Below the pieces are notes generated by a model. The model ran no database searches, was not told where the DNA came from, and worked only from the letters and a program-made list of their open reading frames with translations. Both the position numbers and the translations under genes were made by a program. From Haliotis rufescens (lineage: Eukaryota), in the NCBI RefSeq assembly GCF_023055435.1, contig NW_025963779.1, positions 11,160,001-11,224,000 of the forward strand: a stretch of DNA of 64,000 nucleotides. The letters run 5' to 3'. Shown piece after piece: positions 24,778-38,700 of this stretch. Position 1 is the stretch's first letter; each line of letters opens with the position of its first letter.

Positions 24778-26170
24778 TTTATAGAATTTTCCTATATGAA
24801 ATATTCTATAGTAATACGTTACCACTTGTTATACCGAGGCTGTTGTCTCCCACAACTGCTCTTATAGCGAAATCTACCACAGAGATCTCAATTACCTCAT
24901 GCAGTACGTGCGTAGCCACCTCAGCTGCCATGTGACACCCTTCACTCTTGTCTCTAGCGAGAGAGCAAGTGCTCAGGGGACGGTCGGGCGGGCATCAGCC
25001 AAAGTGGTAACGAATTACTATAGAATATTCCGAATAGGAAAATTCTACAAATTACATTAAGTAATACGTTACCACTTGTTATACCGAGGCTGATTACCAT
25101 AGTAGGTGGTGGCGAGCACCTAACTGCTCGTGTCTCTTCCGACCAGCGGAAGTAAACAACTAGGCGGAAGCACTCAATGCGCATGCTCCCAGCTTGGCGT
25201 TACCCTATAGGGATACCAAAGCACTGTCAAGCGCATACTGTAAGGCTCAATCATCTTTGCTAAACGATTGGTGACTCCAAACGGCCCCACTGGATAGGTA
25301 TTTCATCGCCTCACTGGATAGGTATTTCATCGCCGCAGCGGAAGAGAACACAGTATCCGTGTGAGCTAAATCTTAGATCAGGTTAAACAGTCAGAGAGAG
25401 GGAAATTAATTTCATTCGGACTGTATATCCCAAGAGCAAGCCTACTTCAAGTATGCATTAGGCGCGTGACCTAATTCCAATATTTGTAAGCATGCATTAC
25501 AAGGTTGGAATACATGACAGACAATTAAATACATAATTGTCAAAATACAAATAAGGACAAAACACACAAAAAGCCGCCCTCAGCTGTGGTGTGAGTGCGC
25601 TGGTTTGCGGGACCCCCACTCCTGTACCCACGGCGGTGGGAACATTGGAGTCGACCCAGATTGACCACCGTGCAAGGTCTGACGCCTGAGGATTTCGGAA
25701 TTACGCTGGGCACACCCCTTAGATGACCGCTTGCGCCGCGATGAGCGGCCTAAGACGGTGCACACCCTTCACGTCTTCATCAGAAACCTTTCTGAGGTAA
25801 TGATTGGCAAAAACCGAGTCAGAACGCCAGTAACAACCTCGCAATATTCTGTGAACAGAGATATTGGAGTGTAGGGCAAATGTTGCCGCTAGCGCCCTGA
25901 TCTCGTGCAGGTTTGACCCCACATCCAGTATCCCAGGGGGTGGTAGACAGCGAGACATCCATGTCCGACATTGGTTGGAAGAGAAACAGGAACGCTTCAG
26001 AGCAGTCAAGGTACACGACAAGAGTGAAGGGTGTCACATGGCAGCTGAGGTGGCTATGCACGTGCTTCATGAGGTAATTGAGATCTCTGTGGTAGATTTC
26101 GCTATAAGAGCAGTTGTGGGAGACAACAGCCTTGGTATAACAAGTGGTAACGTATTACTTAATGTAATTT
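24778..26170 (-). mobile_element. Internally deleted DIRS1-type tyrosine-recombinase retrotransposon (ITRs + ICR + YR C-terminus)
   Basis: 143-bp inverted repeats 24810-24952 / 26017-26159; internal complementary region 25003-25092 reproducing the end-to-end junction; terminal TTT at both ends; YR fragment HEIRALAAT...CYWRSDSVFANHYLR in 25719-26021. Confidence 0.88.
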
Positions 26171-28114
26171 ACGTAGCCTTGGTTATGTTACAGACACTCA
26201 GAACCTTGAAGTTGTTGGATTTAGCAATGTTACAAAATCTGGTTAATTGAGCATGTTGAGATAATCAGAAACCAACAATTGTTTCAAAAAGGAATATTTT
26301 GGACAGTTTGCATATACCATTGTGATGATCTAAACTCAGATACTATTCAATCACTGATAATAATCCGGAGGAAACAAGGACTGATCATGCTTATTGGGCA
26401 GAGATTCATGTTTTTAGTCTATATTTGATAATGTCCCAGAAGCTGTTGTTGTGATTAAGAAATCAGGATGGACACATTGCCAATGAACTTACATAGAAGG
26501 CAATAAGAGTTCTCACGTTTTCTGTGTACCAATTGACCCAATAGACATTACATTCATGTTTGGTGTACCAGATAATGAGGAACGACCAGTGACTAGCCAT
26601 GTTTACTGGAGGACGGTGGAGTATGATTGCATGCAATGGGAAGATAACCGGGGACATTGAATTGCTTTTGTACGTGGCACTGTGATAGCCGATAATGACC
26701 CCCGGGGCACGGGTGGCCAAAGATGCTGCGATTTGCTGTGCATAGTTGCGTCCCCTGGCTACGCCAGAAACCTATGATTGTGGGTTCGCCCCGATTATGT
26801 TTCTAGGTTTGTCAGCACCATACCCGTCCTTGTGGATTTCACCTAGTGGTTAACGTCTGAGACCTGCATCACTTCAGGCTATCCTCCCACATTAAGTTGA
26901 TACGCTGTGATATAACTGCGATAGTGTTAAAAGAGGCATTAAACCAACTCAGTCACTCACTCACTCACTCACACTCATCACTTAACAAAAATCATGACAT
27001 GACAATAGAAATGGAGATCTGCATAGGCTGTTGATTACAGCAGCACAGATGGAAGGTTTGCTTGTGGGCCAGTCCACCTGGCATGTTGTGCACTGTGACA
27101 CACCCACCGCAGAACCCTGTTCAATGAAAATGGATTCACCATGATACTGTAACAAACTGTCTTTAATGTTATTTTAGCAGTAGAGCAAATCATATTCATA
27201 CTGTATTTGTAAGTAGCTTCCTGTCTATGTAAGCATGGTAAATACTAATCATGTTTTGGTCTAACTATTGTCTTGCAATGATTGTAGTAGTAAAGGCTAT
27301 GATCCATTTCGACAGTATTTTGTGTTCCAGTGTAGAAAGTGGTAATACTTTTGTGCTAAAATGTTCTGAATCCTAGCCCTACCTTATCTCTTGTAAATAT
27401 TAGATGTTAGTAATTCTTTCAAGTACCCTACCTCTATTACATCATAGTCTTATATTCCTGTTTCGGCTGAGAATCTCACCATACATTACTTAAATTGTTA
27501 ACAGACATCCTCTTCACTGCCAACATATGTGATAGTTGTGAGGGAAACCCTATCTATCCTTCACAGCAAATGCATGTGCTCAGTAGATCTTAATGTTATT
27601 TGATTTTTTTTATTAGATGAACTTACTAGACTTTATGAAATTTACAAGGCTTGGGTTAGACCACTTTTTAATCAAGAACTAAATTTTGCACATTACCAAT
27701 CTTGCTCAGAGAAAGCTGTCCAGAAATGGCAACATGAATCACCCAACAGTAAAGGAACATTGTAACTTGTTTCATATTTTCTGTTTTACCATGTGCTCTT
27801 TTAAGAACAAAACCACCTGACTGATTCCCCCTTGCTTAATAAATGTGAACAGCAACTTGTTACATTGTGGGAATCAAAATATTTATTTATTTTGTGACAA
27901 TGTGAAATAGCCTTATTGTACTACGCAAGTGTGACTCATTCGTCAACATTAGACATTGGACCTCTCCAACCCAGTAAGTAGACCGTGGGGTAAGACACTC
28001 TAAAATGAGTTCAGGCTATAGTCATGATTAAAAGATCAACATGGTAATATGTTATGAATAATTAAATTTAGTTACTTGCTTGGCAAAGGCAGGGCTTAAA
28101 ATGGTAAGTATTGG

Positions 28115-29082
28115 TATTGTTTGTTTGTTGTTTAACGCCGCACTCGGCAATATTCCAGCTATATGATGGCGGTCTGAAAATAATTGAGTCTTGACCAGAC
28201 AATCTGGAGGTTGATATCATGAGCAGCGATCCATGCAATTGGGATACGATGACATGCATCAACCAAGTCAGCGAGCCTGACCATCCGATCCCGTTAGTCG
28301 CCTTTTACGACAAGCAAAGGCGCCTGTTGGTATTGTAGGTAGTTGAGGCAATGTCAGACACTGACAGGCTGACTCTATTTTCAAAAGTTTGACCTTGCCT
28401 CCTAAAATATTGGATTATCATGACCCCTTTCTGTTTGCAAGGGGGTGGCAGGTGTCTAAAGCATAAAATGATATCAGTAATAGATGCCAGCATACTTGCC
28501 TTGTGGTACAGGTGACATCAAAGTCTCGTGTTGTCTGAATTCACTCAATGACTTTGCAAGTAGACCCGTGAAGATCCGGGGTAGAATAGGTCTTCAGCAA
28601 ACCATGCTTGCCGTAAAAGGCGACTATGCTTGTCATAAGAGGCGACTAATTGGATCGGGTGGTCAGGCTCGCTGACTTGGTTGATACATGTCATCGTATC
28701 CCAATTGCATGGTTGGTTGGTTGGTTTGTTGTTTAACGCCGCACTTAGCAATATTCCAGCTATATGACGGTGGTCTGTAATTTATCGAGTCTAGACCAGA
28801 CAATCCTGTGATTAATATCGATCCACGCAATTGGGATTGATGACATGCATCAACCAAGTCAGTGAGGCTGACCACCCGATCCCGTTAGTCGCCTCCTACG
28901 ACAAGCATAGTCGCCTTTTACGGCAAGCATGGTTTGCTGAAGACCTTCAAGGGTCCCCAATTGCATGGATCGATGCTCATGATGTCAATCACTGGATTGT
29001 CTGGTCCAGACTTGATTATTTACAGACCGCCGTCATATAGCTGGAATATTGCTGAGTGCGGCCTTAAACAACAAACAAACAA
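28115..29082. mobile_element. Cluster of family B SINEs: truncated (-) copy 28115-28318, and (+) copy 28563-29082 interrupted by an antisense copy 28713-28955
   Basis: TSD cccaattgcatgg at 28700-28712 and 28956-28968. Confidence 0.85.
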
Positions 29083-31665
29083 ACTTTGCCAGTACTGATG
29101 CAATTAGGAATTTCATAAGGGTATTTTCAACACAAACTGTGCCAGATATGCTGGTTACTTGTTTGAGAGCGAACTTTGCTTAAGGAGAGGTGGTCGTGCA
29201 CGGGGGTTTACAGATTAAAGCCTGAGAGCTAAGACACCTTAGCCCTAAAGTTGTTTGAATCCTCTGTGTTGGTAAACATGTTGTAGATGTGGTTCATACG
29301 TATTGTCAGTAGAAGAATGTGTGTTACCCTCAACCAAACCAATGAACGAGTGAGTATGGTTTTATGCTTTTAGCAATATTCCAGCAATATCACTGCGGGG
29401 GACACCAGAGATGGACTTCACACATTGTACCCATGTGGGGAATCAAACCCAGGTCTTCAGCGTGACGAGGGAACGCTTTAACCACTGCCCCCACAACCAA
29501 AGATGTTGCCGTGGTTATATCATCGCAGCGTTTTCAGGGTATTTGCTGTATCTCAGACAAAGACTGATATTCTTGACTTTGATATCACTGTTCATTCGTG
29601 CATCACTGGAGGCAATTCCCAGGAACATTTGTTGTTGTAACTGGAGGGGGGGGGGCAATCTCATCTAAATCAGTTACTCTGATTAAATGCCTCTATTCAT
29701 CAAGATCTCATCACTATAGGTCATGTAAGGTGAACTTTCTAATCTATCCGTGTTTAGGCTTCTAAACTCTCGGTACAAGCAAGCAGATCATACGGAGCAG
29801 CAACTCTGATATAAACAGGTAGCTCTGAATGGAGATTAATAAAGAATGTACTATATACATTGTAAATACGTGTATACACCCTGTCGTTTCTTTGCACCAT
29901 GGCATCTACACCAAATAGTGTTATCAAAGCTACATTTGTGAAACAATTTTTTTCACTTATTGACATTTCCAAATCAAGGTGATAAAGGAGAGATTCCAAG
30001 TTATTTTGGAAAACTGACATCTGATTGGGTCAAGAACCTACACATCGTTTATTTGGATTGGGCGGTTACAGTTTATTCAGTGTTAACCTGCCTTGACTCC
30101 TTTAGGAAGGGCTTGAAAGAGACGGAATCCAAGCAAAAGATCGTATTTGAATGAGATCGACTACAGTAGGCTCATCATGCATATACTTGACAAATGAGTT
30201 TCCGATTCATGCTGTCAGGATGTGATACAGCTTGTCACTTTATCACTTTGTGCATTTGGTCAAGAAGGTATTATTTCATTTGATGATTTTCTATGTTTGT
30301 GGCCATTACTATCTCCAGTGTTTCAGTGTATGGATTCAAGTTTGCAGCCACATGTACTAACGTGTGATATTTAACCATGTGTTACACTGTTGCTTGATAT
30401 ATACACCTGTACAAAGGTTAAGCACCATTCCTTCTGTATCGTCATGTATTTTTTGGTTATATCTATGTGATCTGATTTGATAAAGATACCACCAGACCCT
30501 GGTAAAATGTTGGTAAACAAGAACACTGTATGTTTCTACAAAAGCTGTATTCCTATGTGAGTATGTCACTTTGTTATCAAAAACAAATGTGCTTCATGAG
30601 AAACCTGATGCAATGGCTATTTTATTTGAAATCATCTAGTTTTTGCCAAACAGCACTTTAATACTTGGATATCGTTTCATTTGGTAAATATACACCTGAA
30701 AATGATCAAGTCAGTGATACCCACTGCCTCAATTATAGCAGCATTTCATTAATATATAACGGAACACACATACGTTGTTTGAATAGCATGATTGCAAAAT
30801 GGTCCATCTTTAATTCTTGGTATTATTAACATGTATCCTGTTTACCATTGTTTCTTTATCATGTGTCCATTATTCTTTTAGAGTATATATAATTTGTGAG
30901 CTTGGCAGACAGAAGTTGACTAAATGTGTAAATATGTTGCAAACTTACAAAGTGGGATGTGGAAATTTCTCTTATCCAAATCACATATTTCTTGATGTTA
31001 AAGTTTCCGTTGAGTATCTCCATGTTTAACATTTAACACTCATATCTTCTATAGTCAACATGTTATCTACGTCTGAAACTATGACATTCATACTAGAGGC
31101 CGTTATCTGCCAACTCACCTTGTATTTATTATACTACAGAACACAACAAACTTTCATCCAACTTTTCTTCTCATTAAGTATAATAATGTGTGTGATTATT
31201 GCTTAGGACCGCAAATTCAGTTGTATAAACTAGGATTTGTCCGAGACATAACCACATCTGTCGTCTTCAAGCGCAGTGATATACCTTCACCATCAATGGC
31301 TGAAAGGTTCTACAGACACCATTATGTCAAATCCTTATTTTATTGATTTTTACACAAGGCATCTAGTCACTTCTATACAATCAACACTGAACTGTTCAAT
31401 GTTGAATAATTGAAGAAATATTCAGAATGTACTTTGTCATGTCTGTAGTTTGAAGGGTTGCCACAGCACTGTTTATATGTCTTATTTGTCATTGCAATGT
31501 TGAGGTGTCCTGATGCTTAGGTGAAATAGGTAGGATGTCCTGAACTTGTGATACAATATCGTGAAGCTGTCCTGCCAATGCATCATCATTCATGAACAAG
31601 GTTATTTATAGCAATTATGAGTTGTGTTTTCCTTCATGAGAAGCTGCCACTAGTCTCCCTTTTCT

Positions 31666-32079
31666 ACCCTTGCCGAACTAGGTGGGTATTATGGAGTTAC
31701 ATTTTGGCTGGACTAACGAGTCTATGCATAGTCCAATCAAATTCACGCACCAAAATCGAAATCCGGTTCGTAAAGTGTCATGCAGATTTCGGTCGACTGC
31801 AGGATTTGCAAAGCATGTGCACCGCTAACTCGTCAACAGATAGTTTCTAAATCTTTTCATGCTTTTAATCAAGGTGCACACTTGATTTGATGCACTTCGC
31901 GAGGTAAGACTCGTTTTATCACAATATAGATCTTGATTATCAATCAGATCGTCTTGACTGATTGTTCAATAGGAGAGGCATAGAAAGGACATAACTCGTA
32001 AAAGCCACTGGTCGCTAAAAGCCACTGGTCGCTGGCGCTACGATCGAGCCCAAGAATTCCAGCCTAGTTCGGCAAGGGT
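31666..32079. mobile_element. MITE with 17-bp perfect TIRs
   Basis: acccttgccgaactagg / cctagttcggcaagggt; no coding capacity; superfamily unassigned. Confidence 0.7.
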
Positions 32080-32409
32080 GGAAACTGGACTTTTATGTCA
32101 GTTAACTCTCTTGCCTCGGGAAGATGATTGTACCCATGTCAGGAATCGAACCCGGGTCTTCGGCGTGATGAGCGAACGCTTTAACCACTAGGCTACCCCA
32201 CTGCCCGAAATTTGCTGTAGGGGTATTGATTAGAAATGTCCTTTTCAGTTACGTGGACAGGTTTACAATGCTCTACAAATCTCTAACATTGCCATATGAA
32301 GATTATCTTAGATGGCAGCTTCAATTCCTGATGTTGAGTCATTAATATATGGCAGTTTGCAAATAATCGAATCTGGACCAGACAAACCCACATCAATATG
32401 AATCACTGA

Positions 32410-34627
32410 CTATGTGCACACATGGATAGGGGCACTGGGACATGGACCACAGCTGTGCACACATGGATAGGGGCACTGGGACACGGACCACAGCTGTGCA
32501 CACATGGATAGGGCCACTGGGACTCCGACCACAGCTGTGCACACATGGATAGGGGCACTGGGACACGGACCACAGCTGTGCACACATGGATAGGGGCACT
32601 GGGACTCCGACCACAGCTGTGCACACATGGATAGGGGCACTGGGACACGGACCACAGCTGTGCACACATGGATGGGGGCACTGGGACACGGACCACAGCT
32701 GTGCACACATGGATAGGGGCACTGGGACACGGACCACAGCTGTGCACACATGGATGGGGGCACTGGGACACGGACCACAGCTGTGCACACATGGATAGGG
32801 GCACTGGGACACGGACCACAGCTGTGCACACATGGATGGGGGCACTGGGACACGGACCACAGCTGTGCACACATGGATAGGGGCACTGGGACACGGACCA
32901 CAGCTGTGCACACATGGATAGGGGCACTGGGACACGGACCACAGCTGTGCACACATGGATGGGGGCACTGGGACACGGACCACAGCTGTGCACACATGGA
33001 TAGGGGCACTGGGACACGGACCACAGCTGTGCACACATGGATAGGGGCACTGGGACTCCGACCACAGCTGTGCACACATGGATAGGGGCACAGGGACACG
33101 GACCACAGCTGTGCACACATGGATAGGGGCACTGGGACACGGACCACAGCTGTGCACACATGGATAGGGGCACTGGGACACGGACCACAGCTGTGCACAC
33201 ATGGATGGGGGCACTGGGACACGGACCACAGCTGTGCACACATGGATAGGGGCACTGGGACACGGACCACAGCTGTGCACACATGGATAGGGGCACTGGG
33301 ACTCCGACCACAGCTGTGCACACATGGATAGGGGCACAGGGACTCGGACCACAGCTGTGCACACATGGATAGGGGCACAGGGACTCGGACCACAGCTGTG
33401 CACACATGGATAGGGGCACTGGGACACGGACCACAGCTGTGCACACATGGATAGGGGCACTGGGACACGGACCACAGCTGGGCACACATGGATAGGGGCA
33501 CTGGGACACGGACCACAGCTGTGCACATGTGGATAGGGGCACTGGGACACGGACCACAGCTGTGCACATGTGGATAGGGGCACTGGGACACGGACCACAG
33601 CTGTGCACATGTGGATAGGGGCACTGGGACACGGACCACAGCTGTGCACATGTGGATAGGGGCACTGGGACACGGACCACAGCTGTGCACATGTGGATAG
33701 GGGCACTGGGACACGGACCACAGCTGTGCACATGTGGATAGGGGCACTGGGACATGGACCACAGCTGTGCACATGTGGATAGGGGCACTGGGACATGGAC
33801 CACAGCTGTGCACATGTGGATAGGGGCACTGGGACACGGACCACAGCTGTGCACATGTGGATAGGGGCACTGGGACATGGACCACAGCTGTGCACATGTG
33901 GATAGGGGCACTGGGACACGGACCACAGCTGTGCACACATGGATGGGGGCACTGGGACACGGACCACAGCTGTGCACACATGGATAGGGGCACTGGGACA
34001 TTGACCACAGCTGTGCACACATGGATAGGGGCACTGGGACATGGACCACAGCTGTGCACACATGGATGGGGGCACTGGGACATGGACCACAGCTGTGCAC
34101 ACATGGATAGGGGCACTGGGACATTGACCACAGCTGTGCACACATGGATAGGGGCACTGGGACACGGACCACAGCTGTGCACATGTGGATAGGGGCACTG
34201 GGACATGGACCACAGCTGTGCACACATGGATGGGGGCACTGGGACACGGACCACAGCTGTGCACACATGGATAGGGGCACTGGGACATTGACCACAGCTG
34301 TGCACACATGGATGGGGGCACTGGGACACGGACCACAGCTGTGCACACATGGATAGGGGCACTGGGACACGGACCACAGCTGTGCACACATGGATAGGGG
34401 CACTGGGACACGGACCACAGCTGTGCACACATGGATAGGGGCACTGGGACATGGACCACAGCTGTGCACACATGGATAGGGGCACTGGGACACGGACCAC
34501 AGCTGTGCACACATGGATAGGGGCACTGGGACACGGACCACAGCTGTGCACACATGGATGGGGGCACTGGGACACGGACCACAGCTGTGCACACATGGAT
34601 AGGGGCACTGGGACACGGACCACAGCT
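32410..34627. repeat. 41-bp minisatellite (tgtgcacacatggataggggcactgggacacggaccacagc), ~54 units
   Basis: Period 41, very homogeneous. Confidence 0.97.
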
Positions 34628-35791
34628 CAGAGTTGGGTCTTCACAAGGTGATGTGATTGAAACAGACCAGTTGGTATTATAAATAGGTTTATTATTGATG
34701 AAACATGTACATGAACAAAATAAATGTAAATCTGCTGTAATTATTCAAATGTTGAAAAGATGTGGTGTCCAGGGTAAGTGTACATCAAGCACTTTAGAAA
34801 GTGTGGGGTAAGTGAAGGGTGTTAGGAAACACTGGCTTGTATTAAACAGAATGGAAGGCCTAGATTCATCATAAATTTTCTATGTCGACCCTGAGAAATC
34901 AATTAGTCATCACAGCAAGATTGTACCAGCTGGCCTTATGACGGCAGGTGTCGGTCCAAACAGTAGGTGATGTCCACCTCAAGTCTGTTTTGAATAAATC
35001 TGAACCAGCACAAGACCATAGTTTTGAATGGCTGAATTTCAAACCATGCGTGTGAGGTTGTTCTCTATACCAGTTCATTTACATAACCTGCTAACTTCTG
35101 AAGAATTGTCCCTTAAATTTCCGACATCCTTATTGTACTGAAACTACACTACCGTGCGTTGGCATCATCTCACAAGAAATGGAGTCATGGTGTTGAACAA
35201 CTTACAGTGTTACCAATCTTAAGTATTTTTATCTGTGCATTAAGTAAGAAATTTGTGCTGTCATAGATCTAAAATCATATTCCAAACATAATCAAGAAAT
35301 AACAAATGTATAACTCGCAACTGAGCAGCTTAACATAAAATTGCACCGAAGAATTAAAAGCTGAATAGATTCATTTCTCAATGAACAACTGAAATATTTA
35401 AGGAAACTGTTAACAGTAGGTTTGTGATGTTTAGATAATCAGCAAACTGAGATGGACAAGCAAAGTCACAATTATTCAAGCACTCTCAAACACTCAATAA
35501 AATTCTTCACACACGCATCATCCATACAAAGCCTGGTGTATCAGGCTTCAGTTAAGCTGCATAGAACCTCCTTTCACGTCACAAAAGCAATGGTCATAAA
35601 ATTAATGATAATATTTACACGTGTCAAATTCATGTATTCTCGAAACAGTTTTCTCTGCTCATAATTTCTAGTTTTTCCTTTAGTGAGCAAAGTTAGTTGA
35701 ATGATGTGGATTTTCCCATTCGGAGGTTTGGCAGCAGCTGCATATCCCCAGCTTTCATATCCCACACAGATTGTCTCCCTTGACCGACACA

Positions 35792-38700
35792 TCACAATTC
35801 ATCCTTGTCCAAATCGTCAAGTTCTACATCGCTCAGATCTATATCATCTTCAACTGGGAGCTGTAATAAAACAAATTAACATCCTTTAAACAGATATTAA
35901 ATAAATATTTTGAATAGTTTTAGAAAGGGACCATAAAAAAAACAAGATCTGCCCAAAATCTGAAGAAATAAAATTCTGTCATGCACAGAAATTATCTCTC
36001 AATATTCTGTTTTTGCTTAGGAGATCGTGATCTTACCACTCCATCTTTTCCGTCCCAAGCTTCTGTATCCACAATAGTTGGCAGCTTAGCATTCTTGATG
36101 GGGGCGGTGGATCCACGGCCAAATGAGAGCTCCCTGAAGACAATATGAGTGAGAGGTTTCAACGGAGGGATGGAAGTTGCAAACTGGATAACCCAGAACC
36201 CATCATAACTTAACCTCACAAACTACTGGTTCAAGCCAGGAAACATTGATATTCATAGTTGTCTACAGCTGGGTCTTTTGCAACATCGTTTTGAGACTAC
36301 ACGTGGAAGCACACAGTTCACAATGTCTGTTTCCCAAAAACTTAAAACTTCAAGAAGTTGCTTTTCAAAACACTTAGATATAAATGCAATTATTTCAACA
36401 CTACTTGTAACTGTACTTTGGAATCAATGATGTGACTTCCCATTTACCACGGTAAGCAGTAGCCTTTGCTTAGAAGGTGAAATTCACCAAATATTAAGCA
36501 TTGATAAATCAAACCTTACTACAGGTGAAATTCAAGGTTCTTTTATTTATATTTGGCACTGGCCCTCTCAAGGACATGGCTCTCTCACAAGGTAGCCATC
36601 TCGAGGACATGGCTGTCTAAAGGATGTGTAAGGTAATCTCACCTGAGGAACTCATTAATTCCCTGTTCACTGAATGGTCCCTTGAGCCAGGAGTATTTCA
36701 TCTTGCGGCTGTTTGCAGCTGCCAACGCCTGTCAAGATAAAACAAATTGTATTGTGAATTTCAATACACTCCCAGTTCCCTTTGAGGTAAGTAGAGCATG
36801 GTAAATGTAAGATACATCTCATTGCTACATCCAATCACTGTCACATCTGTTTGCATACAAAATGAAGATAATTCAAACTAAAACTGTTTTGTTTGTTTGT
36901 TGTCTCAGCAATATTTTCCAGCTATATGATGGCAGTCTGTAAATAATCGAGGTGGGACCAGACAATCCAGTGTTTGACATCATGAGCATCAATCATTGCA
37001 ATTGGGATACCAAGACATACATCAACAAAGTCAGCGAGCCTGACCATCCGATCCCGTTAATCGCCTCTTACGACAAGCATAGTCTCATATTACGGCAAGC
37101 ATGGGTTGCTGAAGACCTATTCTACCCGGATCTTCACGGGTCAAAACTCAAAACGTAAATTATAGATATATCTATTGACAATGGGACCATGTAGATCCAT
37201 ATGAAATTGAAAGCATGTGACTCAGATAAGCACAGTTTCAGAACACAAGCTTCAATGCTTGCAATCTTGGCACCTTGAATCCCTCACTCAGTCACATTAC
37301 ATCTTCAAAGCACATCCCACCCATGCAAGCGCCATTCACATTCAGCAGACATTGTTTCTACCCAATCACCATTAAGTCAGCTTCCCTAACCAGGAATTTA
37401 GTATCATTCTGTTTCCGTAATTCCCACACAACAACAGCGACATTCTACTTACAGGGTATCCAAAGCCACCGATTCCAAAAGCTTCCTCCATAGCGGACTG
37501 AGCACCAGCCTCGGCCCACACCCACCTGGGAGAACAATCAGTTGTTACAGGAATTCTTTTTTATGTATTCATTTAATAATAGTGAGTGTGAGTGAGTGTA
37601 TGGTTTTACGCCGCTTTTAGCAATATTCCAGCAATATCACGGCGGGGGACACCAGAAATGGGCTTCACACATTGTACCCATGTCGGGAATTGAACCCAGG
37701 TCTTCGGCGTGACGAGCGAACGCTTTAACCACTAGGCTACCCGACCACCCCTCATTTAATAATAATAATAATAATAATAATAATCCATTTCTATGGCGCT
37801 GTACTCCATGCATAAGCGTGCTCTAAGTGCTAAGACCTTTATTATCCCGGTCAAAGGATCAGTGTGCACTCAACAATCAGTCTCAGCTCCCTGGGGAGTA
37901 TACAACCCAAACTGCCTGATAGGCACTAGAAGGTTAAGAACCACATTTGTAACTCATCCTACCTGGTACCCGTTCACTGCTGGGTGAACAGAGGTACATT
38001 TCAAACAAAGTCACTTGCACAGGGAGACATGTTACGTGTACTTCAGTAGTACTTATACTATGTTTTTCATCTGTTTTTCAGAATTAAAGCATGACACTTA
38101 CAAACTGAAGATAAAAAAACCCATTCAAAACATATTAGTCACCTTACATGATGGTTGATTGATAAATCCTTAGCCTCACATCGAAGGAATTGCATTACAG
38201 TGAAATATTATGTTTCATATGTCACATGATGTCTTAGAGTGAGTGAGTGAGTATGGTTTTACGCCGCTTTTAGCAATATTCCAGCACAGCAGGGGACACC
38301 AGAAATGGGCTTCAAACATTGTACCCATGTTGGGAATCGAACCTGGGTCTTCGGCGGGATGAGCGAACGCTTTAACCACAAGGCTACCCGACCGCCCCTG
38401 ATGTCTTAGAAGCATATCCACAAAGACTTGAGTCAATTGAGCAAATAGTTTCACAGTGACAAGTCAGTAAGTGTAGCAGAGTTCTGTGAACTTTGTAAAA
38501 TGGAGAAAATTGAGGTACAAGCAGTGATTAAGAACTTGCAGAAAAAAAAATCAACATGGCAAGTGATCCACATAGATATGAGTACAACACTAAGGAAGAT
38601 TTCACTGTTACTCGATTATTAAATGATGATTAGACCTCGTACATGTCTTTTACTCCTTTTAATCAACTTTGATGACTAATTGAATGCTCTCATATTTATC

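Noticed and set aside
32393-34623. Three ~735-aa Cys/Pro-rich ORFs
   Set aside because: Artefact of a stop-free 41-bp unit: all three frames give the same rotating peptide, with no unique termini or splice context.
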